Shown here: piece by piece, positions 12,001-24,928 of the stretch
Layout: the number at the start of each line of letters is the position of its first letter
Position numbering within the stretch: the stretch's first letter is position 1
Made by a program: the position numbers and the translations under genes
Notes under the pieces: model-generated
Seen by the model: only the letters and a program-made list of their open reading frames with translations
Told to the model about the DNA's origin: nothing
Database searches by the model: none
Origin: Flectonema sp. DT1601
Taxonomy: Eukaryota
NCBI GenBank assembly: GCA_964019425.1
Contig: OZ025793.1
Location: 682,001-746,000 of the forward strand
Length of the DNA stretch: 64,000 nucleotides
Direction of reading: 5' to 3'

Positions 12001-15000
12001 TAACTCTGAAGTTGTTTTTGAAGTTGGAATTACTTCAGAACCAACAGCAATGCTTGTGTTTCCCTTATCAGTCGGTGATGATACTGAGGCTGTGGTGTCT
12101 CCTTCACAACTTACATTCACATCTTTGAATTGGAGATCAAAACAAACTCTCACAGTCACTGGAAAAGATGATCAAATAGACGACGGAGATGTTTCTTATT
12201 CTGTTATTGTTGGTAAGCCAACTACTACTGATGTAGTCTACAATTCTCTATCTAATAAAGTAATTGGATTGCGTAACATTGATGATGACTCTGCTTATGT
12301 AGAAGTGTCACGAATTGCTGGCATCACTACATATGAAGATCAAAGTCAAACACATTCGACAGTGTTGGTATCTCTACTGACAGAGCCTACTGATATTGTT
12401 ACTATACCTGTTAGTAGTAGTAATGATCTTGAAGCAACTGTTGATCCGACAAGTCTTCGGTTCGAACCCGCAACGTGGCAAAATCCTCAAACGATAACAA
12501 TAAAAGGAATTGATGATCAGGTTGCTGATGGAGATGTTCCGTTTCGTGTTACTCTTTCTCCAGCGATCTCAAACGACGTTAGTTATAAATCATTTAACCC
12601 TTCTGATATCACTGCTATAAATATTGATAATGACTCAGCTTCAGTTCTTATCGGTGCTAACCTCCCGCTGTCTTGTTCAGAAAGCGGCACCTCAGTTGAA
12701 TTCACTCTCTCCTTATCAAGTAAACCAACGTCACTCATGTCTATGACAATTCAAACAAGTGATACGACAGAAGGTATTGTTTCTCCAACCTTTGTGACGT
12801 TTTCACAGCAGACCTGGTATGTGTATATTGTCTTTTTAATAGTGTATTTATAAAATACGTGGAGTGTAAAAAATCTCCAAAAAAAAAAAAAAATGGCCAA
12901 ATTAAGGTTTTTTTTAAAGTAGAAACGCTTAGTAAAATTTGGGATCTAGAAAAAAGTTTTTTTTTTGTCTTTCTGGTGTCCATTAATTCTTAACATTTTT
13001 GCGGCTGGAAACTAATCTCGGATCCGTAACAATTGTTGCTTCGTTGTGCATACTGCCTTAATGGGGTTGGATAACTTTGTCTTGAAAGTTGAGGTTGCCT
13101 CCAGACGCATAGGTATGGTTAACATTGTTGGTGGACACCAGTCTCAATAAGAGGATCGGGTTGTGGATAATTTACAGGTGGCACAGTATCATCACCTTAT
13201 TTCTTGCACTTTTCTGGGATAGGCCTTCGTCTTCTTCGCTTAAACTCTAACTATAGATCCGGTAGATTTACAGGGTTGACAATACCTTCGTTTTTTAACC
13301 AGCCGTCGTAGTTTTCTCAATGCTATTGCTATCCACTCAATCTGAGTTCTCGATCTGATTATTTATAAGGCTTCCGATTAAGGTCGAAACCTCCGCCCCT
13401 TTTAAACGAAACACCTTCTCTCTTACCTCCAAAATTCGATCTGGAACAAGAAGCAAACTCTGCTGACGGAAGCTTTCTTGGGGAGGACTTTGTCCTTAAT
13501 TATTTCCTCTATTTGACATGGATTCAGGTTCAGGAGTGGACCCTTTCTTTTCGCATCTACTTCCCAAAGAAGGTTTGATACTCCCTTTGAAGTTGGATAT
13601 TATGGAGTGCAATACTGTTATTCACTTAAAGAAAACTCTGCTTCGCACAAAGCGACGAGGAATGGTGTGACCGGGGTTGATCTAGCTGTCTCAGCCTACT
13701 AAATAACTTGCATAGGGAGCATCTCCTGTGTTCAATATAATGTGATAATTAGATTATCAGATGAGATGGACGGACTTTGCACCTTTGACATCGAAGGTCT
13801 ACTTGCTAGATTCAGACACTGAAGTGTTGTTAAAATTTACGGTTGTGCTGTCACTATACAGAGGGGCACTCCAGAAACATTGACCTGGATGATAGTATTT
13901 TGTTTATTTGAATTATTTTACGAATAAAACATAATTAAAACAGGAATACCCTTACTACAGTTACCATCACTTGTGTTAATGATGATGTAGCTGATGGAGA
14001 TGTTACGTTTACAGTGAGACTGTCACAGTTGTCAGGTAGTGATGCGACGTATTCAACAGTCGATCCTCAAGACTTGAATGTGATGAATATTGATAATGAT
14101 GTCCCTTCTGTTATTGTTACAACAGGTTGTGCTTCAACAGGTTGTACCCAACGTGTTTCTGAAGATGGTATCTCAACTACTGCTAAAGTAATATTATCAC
14201 TCGCATCAAGACCACTTGGAAGGATATCAATTCCATTAGCTAGCGACAGACCAACAGAAGGAACTCCAAGTCAAGACATCGTCGTCTTCACTCCGTCAAC
14301 TTGGAACATTCAACAGACAGTTACCGTCAGAGGTGCTGATGATTTAATTCTTGATGGTGATCAGTTGTTTAATATTGAAATTGGTTCTCCTCAACCAGCA
14401 TCTTCAGCTGATGTTAGTTATGGTCAACTACAAGGAAGTACTATTCCTATGACTTGTGTTGATGATGATGTCGCTGGAGTAGTAGTGACACCTGTGACTG
14501 GTTTAGTGACTTCTGAAGCTGTTCCGTCAGAAACAAGAATAACAGTAATGCTCAGAAGTGCGCCTTCTGCAGGTGATGTAGTCTTACCAGTCACTACAGA
14601 TGATGACACAGAGGGAACTGTTTCTCCATCTCAACTTACTTTCACTCCATCGAATTCTAACATTCCTCAAACAGTAACTATCAATGGAGTTGATGATGAT
14701 ACCGTTGATGGAGATGTTGGATATTCGATCACTATTGGTGTTCCTGATAGTTCATCTGATCCATCTTATATTACAAGTATTCAATCACCTACATCAGTAT
14801 CAGTTAGGAATCTTGATAATGATGTCGCTAGTGTTACAGTTGCTCCATATCAAGGTTTAATAACTCACGAGAATGGATTAGAAGCTACTTTTACAGTTGT
14901 TCTAAACGCTAGACCATCAGCAGAAGTTATTATTCCAATCTCTAGTAGTGATGTTAGTGAAGGAAGACCAACTGCTACTCAACTCGCATTTGATGGCAGC

Positions 15001-18000
15001 ACTTGGTCAACACCTCAAACAGTTACTATTAAAGGACAACCTGATTCTGAAGATGACACGTCAGTCGCTTATACAATTACTCTTACTGCAGCGAGTATGG
15101 ATTCAGCTTATCATGGTCTTGTTATTCAATCTGTTTCAGTTGTTAATGAACCTTTGAATTGTATGGGTTTCTCTTGTCCAGCAGGTATGCTTCACAAATC
15201 AACAAGTTTCTGTCCTGGAGCTTCTTGCTCTAGTTTACAATGCTGCATTCAAACTTGTGTTGGATACGCTTGCTCAGCAAACTCTGTTCTTCAAACTCGA
15301 ACACCACTAAACGAAACGATGTGTCTGTCAGGTAGCTGTTCCGATTCTGACTGCTGTATTACAACGTGTGGTTCAATGCAATACTCTTGTCCTACTACTT
15401 CAGGTACTTCAGGTTTTATTTTAGATACGGCTGGGGAATGTATTGCTGGTGTTTGCAGCGACTTGACGTGTTGTAAACCAGCTTGTTCATCACACACATG
15501 TCTCTCATCGCAGCTAAAGCTAAAGCAGAGTGCAGCATCGGTCCCGTGTGCGTCTGCTGTTTGCACTGATGCTGTTTGTTGTGATGAAACGTGTTTATCA
15601 TCAGGGTTTAGCTGTCCAGCAGGGTATGTGGCTCTGACTAGTCCAGCTGATGTCTCCTGTCCGAATGGAAATCCAAACTCATGTGGGACGACCGAATGTT
15701 GTGAAGCCACATGTCTCTCTTACACTTGTGCATCAGGGTTGGCCAGAATAGCAAATGCTGGAAGTGTTAAGTGTACAACAGCATGCAGTGACTCAAAGTG
15801 TTGTGAAGATCTTTGTCTTGGTGTTGCCTGCACAGCTTCTGATAGCTGTCATGAACCTTCAACTTGTAATACTCAAAATGGACTTTGTGAAGGGGATCCG
15901 ATAAAGGCTGATGGATCTGTTTGTGATGATGGTGATTCAAACACAGCAACAGATACTTGTAAGTCTGGAGCATGTATCGGAAGGATTTCATGTGGTTCTC
16001 AATTATGTCCTGAACCTTCAGACTTACAGTGTACTTCAATGACATGTAGTTCTCAGCAGTGTACTGAAGTTAATAAACCAGCCAATACCGCCTGTAATGA
16101 TGGAAACGATCGCACTGTCACTGATGTCTGCGTCTCTGGGGCTTGCGTTGGTAGTTTTCCAAAATGTAATTCCCTGGACCCTTCAACATGTGCTCTACGA
16201 TCTGATGCTAGTTCTGTGTTGTGTCCCAGCACTGGTTGTGATGAAGCAACTTGTTGTCAGGTCTGCAGTCAATTTGATTCATCAAACTGTCTGAGTACTC
16301 TCTTGAAATCAGATGCTAATAATATAAGATGTTTATCAGGTGGATGTGATACAACAAGGTGTTGTCTTGACTTATGTACTTCAGTGATATGTACTGCTTC
16401 TGATCAATGTCATAATATTGGTGTTTGTGATGGTCAGACTGGATTATGTTCAGATCCTATTGCGCCAGACAACAGACAGTGTACTGATGGAATAGGAGAA
16501 ACGACTAATGATGTTTGTGAGAATGGTGTTTGTGTTGGATCATGTGCTGCAACAAATTGTAAGGCTCAAAGTCCACAATGCAATCGTCCAGTTTGCTCGA
16601 ATGTGAACAGCTGCACCGAAACACCAAAACTCGACTCAACTCCCTGCAATGACGGAGATATAAAAACTAACAGAGATCAATGCATCCTTGGTGTGTGTGT
16701 TGGTACCTTACCAACATGTGCTTCCTTATCAACTCAATGTGTTGTCGTACCAGGCGGTTCAGGTAGAACATGTGCAGGACTTTGTAGACATCGAGACTGT
16801 TGTATTCTTTGTAATCAGGACTCTTCAGTATCCTGTCCTGCTGGTCAAACTATAAAAGTAGACACACCATGTCCAGCTTCAGGGTGCTCATCGACAAGCT
16901 GTTGTGAACCTGATAAGTGTACAGGTGTACAATGTCTGCCAGCAGATGAATGTCGTGAGGCGGGTATTTGTAACTCTTTAACAGGTTTGTGTAGTACGGC
17001 AGCTAAAACTGACGGAACTCGTTGCAATGACGCTGATAGTACTACATCAGCTGACCGATGCACATCTGGTGTTTGTAGAGGTACTGCTAACATTGAATAT
17101 ATTGGTGGGTTGTTTATAATCAATTCACTGTTTTCATCATTATCTGTTGACCGTACCATGGTATTGCACTTTCAAAATGCCCTCACAACACACCTGACAC
17201 AGAATGTCCCTGGAATCAATAATATTATGATTCAATCTATTTGTGAATCAGATGCAAAGGGAAACAGAATAGCCTCAACTTGTATTCCAGGAACAGTCTT
17301 TGGTCAGATTGCGATTGTTACCAGCAGACATGTTGCAGTCCAACAAGCAAGCGCTTCTGGATACACATTTGTACATGCGATTGCAACAGTACCAGCTTCA
17401 TTAGCTACTACGGGTGTTAGTAGTATGAAGTCAGCTTTACAAGTTGGAACTGGTATTAGCACGTCAACTGTTATCGCTCCAGAGCTTTCAGTTTCAAAGG
17501 GTCGATGTGCTTCAGTTGTTTGTGATGTTACTAATTCAGGTTGTTTTGAATACCTTCCATGTGATGAACAAACAGGAAGCTGTAGTGAAGTTATGAAACC
17601 AGACGGTACAACATGTGATGACACTGACTCATCTACTTTAAGTGATGTTTGTTCTGCCGGAAGCTGCAGCGGTCATATCCTCTGTGATGGTTCGACATGT
17701 AAACCTCAGAATCCAGAATGTCAAGTAGCTGTTTGCTCTCTTGGAGGAGGTTGTGGTCAGTCAGAGAAACCCCCTGGAACGCCATGCTCAGATGGTGACT
17801 CGAATACAGTTGATGATCGCTGTATTAGAGGTGCTTGTATTGGAACAGATTTGTGTGTTTTAGTGAGATGTGAGGCCAAGTCTTCGTGTAGGGTAGAGGG
17901 CACTTGTGACCCAGCAACAGGAACCTGCAATGATCCACCAGCACCAGATGGTACAGAATGTGATGATGGAGATTCTCAAACAGGATCTGATAAATGTTAT

Positions 18001-21000
18001 TCAGGAGTATGTATGGGTATTGTTAGCTGTGGAGGATCAATATGTCTTCCATCAGAACCACAATGTCATACTGCCTCTTGTAATAATGGACAATGTAGTC
18101 AACAACGTAAAGTAGATCTCACTCCCTGCAACGATGGAGATCTCTCGACTGCAACAGACCATTGCTTGTCAGGTACCTGCATTGGAGTTAATAAATGTGC
18201 GAGTGTTGTCTGCACTGCAATATCAACATGTCATGAGAAGGGTTTCTGTAATCCAGTAACAGGAGAGTGTAGTACTCCATTTATAGCAGAAGGGACACAA
18301 TGTGATGACAGAGATGTAACAACAAGTGGTGATAAGTGTATTAATGGTCAGTGTATTGGATCTGTTATTTGTGGAACAACAACATGTCAGGTAACAGACA
18401 CACAATGTCATAGCAGTGGATGCAGTGCAGTTGACGGGAGTTGTATAGAACTTGAAAAGGCTGATGGAACTACTTGTAATGATGGTCGCTCACAAACAAC
18501 TGATGATCAATGTGTGTCGGGTCAATGTATTGGAACTGAAGTATGTGCAAGTATTACTTGTACAGCAAGTGATCAATGTCATAATGTTGGTATTTGTAAT
18601 CCAAATCAAAGACTTTGTTCTGATCCAAGAAAACCACAAGGAACACAATGCAATGATGGAGATCCTACTACTGGTGGTGATAAATGTGTTAATGGTGCTT
18701 GTGTTGGTACAATTCAATGTGGTGGATCCCCTTGTGCTCCTACTAACCCTCAATGCTATGTAGCTGCTTGTGCGGGTACCCGTTGTACTCAGGTACCAAA
18801 ACCAAACAATACTCCTTGCAATGATGAAAACCCAAACACATCTGATGATAAGTGTAACAATGGCCAATGTCTTGGTATTAATCTTTGCCAAGGAATTGTT
18901 TGTAGTTCTTCAGACCAATGCCATGCTGTTGGTGTTTGTCATCCGTCAACTGGAAAGTGTTCAGATCCTCCACAACCTGATGGCAGTCTCTGTAATGATG
19001 GTGACTTAGTTACCTCAGGTATTATTATTTTTGTTATTTATTAAAACATATTATGTACTTCGTACAATCTAATATCAAATCAAACAGGTGATCAATGCAT
19101 AAGTGGTGTTTGTATTGGAACGATTCAATGCGGAGCCTCTGGAGCTTGCGCCCCAACAATGGGAAGGTGCAACACAGCTGCTTGTGAAAATGGCCTTTGT
19201 ACTGAAAGAGCTAAACCAAACAGCGTATCGTGTAATGATGACAACCCAGCAACTAATAATGATAAATGTATTCAGAGTGTGTGTGTTGGATCAATCATCT
19301 GTGGAGGTCAAGAATGTTTACCTACGACACCTCAGTGTCATGTAGCTGTCTGTGAAAACAGACAATGTTCTCAACAAGTTAAATCAGACGGTACTCAATG
19401 CTCTGATGGATCTCTACTTACAACTGAAGATCGTTGTGTGTCTGGTGTTTGTATTGGTACAAATAAATGTTCTGGTGTTCGTTGTGACCCGAGTGACTCC
19501 TGTCACTTAGCTGGAACATGTGATCCAAATACTGGTTTGTACTTCTCTTATTTGTAATACGTCCGAGTAATAATTGTTTTGTTTTATTCTTTACTTTATT
19601 TGTTATGAAAATGAAATAATACAAAACAGGATTATGTTCAGATCCTGTAAAACCATCTGGGTCAATCTGTGATGATGGTGACGCCTCAACTTCTAGTGAC
19701 AGGTGTGTTGCGGGAACTTGTGTAGGCTCCGTAACATGTGGAGGGTCTTCGTGTGTTCCTGTAAACCCTTCTTGTTATACAGCTGCTTGTAGTAACAATC
19801 AAGTCTGTACAGAGAAACCTCGCCCAGCAGGTACTCCATGTAATGATAACAACCCTCTTACCATAAGAGATGTTTGCAGTAACGCTGTCTGTGTTGGAAC
19901 TTCTTTATGTGCTGGGATAACGTGTAATGCATTTGACTCCTGTCATAAAGATGGTGTGTGTAATCCTTTTACTGGAATATGTACAGAACCAATAAAAAGT
20001 GATGGAACTGTCTGCACAGACGGAGACTCATCAACAGCAGGAGATAAATGTTTAGCTGGAGTGTGTACAGGTTCTATTAGTTGTGGTGGTGTTCAATGTG
20101 TTGCACCTGATCCACAATGTCAAACACCAGTCTGTAGTCAAAACCGTTGTGTTTATCAATCAAAAACTGGAGGTCTTCCCTGCAATGATGGGAATCCTCG
20201 TACTAGAAATGATAAGTGTACTGCTGGTGAATGCAGAGGAATCGATCAATGTGCTGGTGTGACGTGTCCTTCTTTATCAACCTGTCACACAGAGGGTCAG
20301 TGTATTCCAGCAACTGGTCTTTGTACTCAACCAAGAAAAGCTGATGGGACTCCCTGTGATGATGGAGTAGTAAGTACAAAGAGTGATGTTTGTATTCAAG
20401 GATCATGTGTTGGTGTTATAACTTGTACTGATCCTAATAGAGGAACTGATAGTCAATGTCAACCTTATGAACCTCAATGTCATATTCCTGTTTGTATTGT
20501 TGGAGGCTGTTCCCAAATTAGAAAAGCAGATGGAACCTCTTGCGATGATTCTGAACCCTCCACAGCAGGAGACAAATGCATTGACGGCACCTGCATAGGC
20601 ACTGTTACCTGTAACAACACCGTCTGTGTAACGCCATCTGAGCAATGTAGAATGCCAACTTGTTCAGGTAGTCAATGTATTGAAGTTAATAGAGCGGATG
20701 GAACTCTTTGTGATGATGGTGACTCACAGACTACTGAAGATAATTGTAAATCTGGGAAATGTGGCGGAATAAATAAATGTCTTAACGTTGTCTGCCAAGA
20801 CTTACCATCAACCGGATGCAAAGAAACAACTGCATGCCGACCAGAAACTGGTTTGTGTCCAACTGCTAACAAACCTGAAGGAACTTCTTGTGATGATAAC
20901 AATCCTCAAACTACATACGACACTTGTTATTCTGGAAAGTGTATTGGTGCTCTTCAATGTGGTGAGAATAATGACATCATTTGTCCAACAAGTACTCTAC

Positions 21001-23276
21001 AATGTATTGAGTCAGCCTGTACTCCAAATACTAAAATCTGTACAGAAGTTAATAAACCAGATGGAACAACATGTAATGATGGTAACCCCGAAACATATGA
21101 TGACAGGTGTATGAATGGAATATGTAGTGGTTGGCTAACTTGCGACTCTTCTGCTTGTATTGCAAGTAATCCGTCATGTCAAACTGTGAGGTGTTCTTCA
21201 TTAGCAAATGGTCGTTGTGAGGAAGTACTTAAACCTGACGGAACTCCCTGCACTGATCACAACTCAGACACGGTCAATGACATCTGTCGGGCAGGTGTCT
21301 GCGGTGGAACTGATCTCTGTAAAGATATCTCCTGCACTGCATCTGATCAATGTCATGACATCGGAATCTGTCAACCAACGACAGGCACATGTACAGATCC
21401 TTCTAAGAGTACTGGTTCTGTTTGCTCAGATGGAATCGCTACAACATTTAGTGATAAGTGTGTTGGTGGTTCTTGCGTTGGAACAATTTCATGTGGTGGT
21501 GTCACCTGCTCCCCATCAGAGTCAGCCTGTCATATAGCAGTTTGTCAGGATGGGAAATGTGTCGAAAATGCCAAGATTGACGGAGCAGCATGCAACGACC
21601 AAAACTCTTCAACAGTATTTGACAGCTGTAGAAATGGAAGATGTATCGGAGAAGACAGATGTGCTTCTCTTGTTTGTGATGCATCAGATCAATGTCACTT
21701 ACCAGGAAGATGTATTTCAGCAACAGGACTTTGTACTGATCCTATCAAACAAGAAGGTGTTCAATGTGATGATGGAGACCCGACTACTCTAAATGACCGC
21801 TGCATCGCAGGAGTCTGTACCGGTACGATAACCTGCGGTGGAAGGGAATGCTTCGCTCAGTCTCCTCAATGTCACACCTCTGGATGTGATGCAACAGGAC
21901 AGTGTATTGATGTAATTAAAGCTGATACAACATCTTGTAATGATGGTAATTGGACAACTATAAAAGATCAATGTCAAACTGGAATATGTGTAGGTACTCC
22001 AGATCATTGCAGACCAAGTCCATGTGGTAGTCAACAACTATGCGCTTCACATACAGGTTTTGGTGATACAAGATTTACCTGTACATGTCGATCACCAGAT
22101 ATTGGTTATTCAATTAATAAACCTGCTGATTGTGGAGGATCTGGTATTACTAATTGTGTGTCATCAAACTTAATATGTAAATCACAAGGTCAAGCTTGTG
22201 TTAAATTGGCAGACCCAAATCAATGGATGTGTGTCTGTGAACCACCTCTATTAGGATCACAAGCAACAGGTGCCGCAACTTGTAAAGTGAGTGATAAGAA
22301 CGCTAAGGTAGCAACAGTTTCTACTTCTCGAGTATTTCCACCACAAGTTTGGGCAGTAAGAGTTGCTAAACAATTAGGTATCGACCCAGGAAGAGTACTT
22401 GTCAGTGAACAAGGAGCATCTGGGATGCTTCAAATATCATTTCACGGAGCTGCTGATGAAAGCCGTGCAGGAGGAGCCTATCCTCTGAATCACTTGGAGG
22501 CTTCAGTACTTCAAAGTGAATTCTTACACCAGGCAGCAACTTGTCCAACTAGTACTACCTTCTGTCAAGAACTAGCTGTCAGTAAAATAAACTACGCTGC
22601 TACCCCCTGCACTTCCCTCACAGTTGACCTCTGTAAACTAGGTAATGATTGTACTTGGGCAACAAATGAAGGTTGTACTGATGATGATGACGATAGAGAC
22701 TTCGTGTGGCATCTGAGATGGATTTTACCAGTAGTGGGAGTCTTAATTCTAATGTGTATTATTGCGTATTGTTGGACTAAGCGCAAGAATGCAGCTGCTC
22801 GACACAATCTAAAAGCCGAGACATTTGGTATGCAGGGAACAGACAACGGAACATCAAACCCTCTTGCTTATCATTCTGATGCTCCTCCGACAGAACAGAG
22901 AAGGGAACTCACATCGACCACATTTTCGAAATTAGGAAGAAATGAAGTCCAAGGAGTAGGAGCACCTGAACTAATAAAACACGGTGATGGAATGCCTTCT
23001 ATGTCTCCAGCTCCTGTTAACTTTCATAACTCAATGGCGAGAAGTATGCCACCGCATGGGATGTCTGCATCTCCTAATCATTATCATTCACCTGCTTTAC
23101 CTCTACAAGAAGAACATTCTTATCCAACTTGGAAAGAAGTTGGTGATTCTGAACTTCCACACAACACTGTTTTTAAAGATCCACATCTTCCTTCGATGTC
23201 ACCAGACGGACGCGGTGCTTCAATGCCTCCTACGAAGGCAACTGCGCCGTCTGGATTATATCCTGTTAAGGTTTGA
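3002..23276 (+). CDS. Giant type I membrane adhesin-like protein (~5,546 aa): signal peptide, 25 Calx-beta-like repeats, Cys-rich repeats, EGF-like modules, TM, cytoplasmic tail; 6 exons
   Basis: Exons 3002-4322, 6495-10358, 10530-12816, 13944-19018, 19088-19534, 19630-23276 (16,641 nt, divisible by 3). Every GT..ACAG junction keeps the frame and completes a repeat motif (VTVTG/ADDNVVDG; YRG/MDPQD; QTW/NTLTTVTIT; TSG/DQCISG; NTG/LCSDP). TM: WILPVVGVLILMCIIAYCW. Confidence 0.9.
4395..5900 (+). repeat. Tandem array of nine ~149-bp units, interrupted by ~180 nt of unique sequence at ~5135-5315
   Basis: ATGATG(A/G) anchor at 4423, 4560, 4709, 4858, 5007, 5327, 5473, 5622, 5772; spacing is mostly 149. 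Confidence 0.95.
4555..4658 (+). ncRNA. Candidate box C/D snoRNA (representative unit; nine copies between 4418 and 5870)
   Basis: Box C ATGATGA 4560-4566, D' CTGA 4614-4617, C'-like TGGATGA 4620-4626, D CTGA 4650-4653; TATTCCATGCT just upstream of D is complementary to the conserved SSU rRNA motif AGCAUGGAAUA. Confidence 0.65.
5934..6458 (+). pseudogene. Ser/Thr-rich reading-frame fragment inside intron 1
   Basis: ORF 6129-6458 has a duplicated SLPTxxxxTFSxSLTY motif; the same frame extends upstream to ~5934 across one TAA (~6027); no phase-compatible, stop-free acceptor found. Confidence 0.35.
10359..10529 (+). other. Intron 2 of giant gene (171 nt)
   Basis: G|GTATGT ... TAAAACAG|G; frame restored into MDPQD. 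Confidence 0.9.
12817..13943 (+). other. Intron 3 of giant gene (1,127 nt)
   Basis: TG|GTATGT ... TAAAACAG|G; regenerates the W-N motif of the repeat. Confidence 0.9.
19019..19087 (+). other. Intron 4 of giant gene (69 nt)
   Basis: G|GTATTA ... CAAACAG|GT; gives TSGDQCISG. Confidence 0.9.
19535..19629 (+). other. Intron 5 of giant gene (95 nt)
   Basis: G|GTTTGT ... CAAAACAG|GA; gives PNTGLCSDP. Confidence 0.9.
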
Positions 23277-24928
23277 GCAGTAGTCGGTATTCGCTGCCGA
23301 ATTTACGTTCACTCATTTCGGATTAAAGTAGGCTTGAAGGTTCTTAGTTGTGTGAAATAAAAAAAAAAAAGTTTTTTTTTTTTTTTTTTTTTTTTAAACA
23401 AGCAAAAAATTCAGTATCTCTTCATCAAGGAATTATTGTCAACTAGAATAGTGTTTTGAAGTAATCTTTTAAAAGCTAAAATGTCTGGATTGTTTTTTTT
23501 TCCTTGCTGCTACTTCATTGTATTTGCGTATAGATTTATATTGAATTCTGTTTTTTTCGTTTAAGTTTCCGTTTTGTGTATTTATTTTCTGACCGACCAT
23601 TATTTTTTTTCTTTCCTTTCGGAGGCATTTCAAAAACAAAACAAAAAGAATTTATTAACCATATTCTTGTAATATAAAGTTAGGTGCCATGGTCTTGTTT
23701 TCGTGGGTTGTTCATAGTCAGCGAGAATCCTGCTGTTTTAGTTTATGCAATTCTGCAGTATCCATTTGAAAAAAAAAAAAAAATAAAATCATCAAATCTC
23801 CTTCCATCGGAGAAGCCCCAATTAGTAATTTTCTTAGAACTTTTTTTTTTGTCCCCTTCCAAAAGTTCTCTCAAGCTCCCCAACTAATTAGAACCTTAAC
23901 GGAAATAGTAATTTTAAAAAAAAAACAAAGCCTAGTGTGGGGTGGTTCAGTAGGGCAGGCCTGACACCGCAGTGTCCCCCTTACGAACTTACGAAAAGAT
24001 TTTTTTTAATAGAATCCATTACATGTCCTTGTAATGTTATTGATTATTTATAATACTAACTGAGGTGATTGAGTCACAGTAGTTGACTGACTTACTTCTA
24101 TACCATAACTGATGATGAGAGAATAGGCAAATACAGTACAGTTGTCGTATTTGTAAGTTTAACGAAATCAAAGCAACCAATCCCCCTCCCCAACAAACTT
24201 TTTAGAGCTTTTTTATTAGCAAATGCTCATTTCTGACTGCTTCCCTTTGTCAGGCTTTGATAATTCGTATGGTTGTTATTGTTTTTTCTTTTTTTTTACA
24301 TTGTCAAAAATTTCACCCTCTTTGATAGTGGTCCCTTTATTCTTGTACGAGCGACAAACTGTTCCTCCACTTTAACTGCGATAGAAGAGCGACATATTAA
24401 TGCTCAGATAGAATACTGTCTTGAACTTATAACTGATATTGGTATTGATAGAGTGATAATCAGGTTTGTGGTACTACTTGTGGATAAAATATTTAACAAA
24501 TTCATTCTTACACAGGAGGTAGACCTTACAGATGGATCAGCATAACTGATGACTTCCTCATGAATAACATCTGACGGGGTATTATTACATATTCGGAGGA
24601 GACTAGCTAATATAGAATCGTTCTTTTTTTATTTTATTTATTTTTTCCAGTAAATGAAGAGAAGGGGAAAACGGGTTTAGGACTTTCCGTAGTGTCTGCT
24701 AAAGACTGCGAAATTTGGAGGGCTAACACAGAGGGTTTGAGTTGGAGATATGTCGGCTTAACCTTTTTTAGTAAACCAAACAAATTAATACGAAGTTCAA
24801 TACAGCCTTCTGATTATTTTATTTTGTACGTTGTTGTTGTTGTTGTTGTTGATAAAGTATTTTGAAAAGACTACAAGATTCCCCTTTAATTAATTATTTA
24901 CATTCACCAGGTGTGCACAGGGGACACC

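Noticed and set aside
12980..13890. Transposon or retroelement relic in intron 3
   Set aside because: Sequence is complex, but I found no ORF, recognisable motif, terminal repeat or target-site duplication.
23935..23990. tRNA-like GC-rich patch
   Set aside because: No cloverleaf or TTC-containing T loop could be built.
24060..24580. Additional C/D snoRNAs from scattered TGATGA/CTGA words
   Set aside because: Box spacing is inconsistent and no recognisable rRNA antisense element was found.
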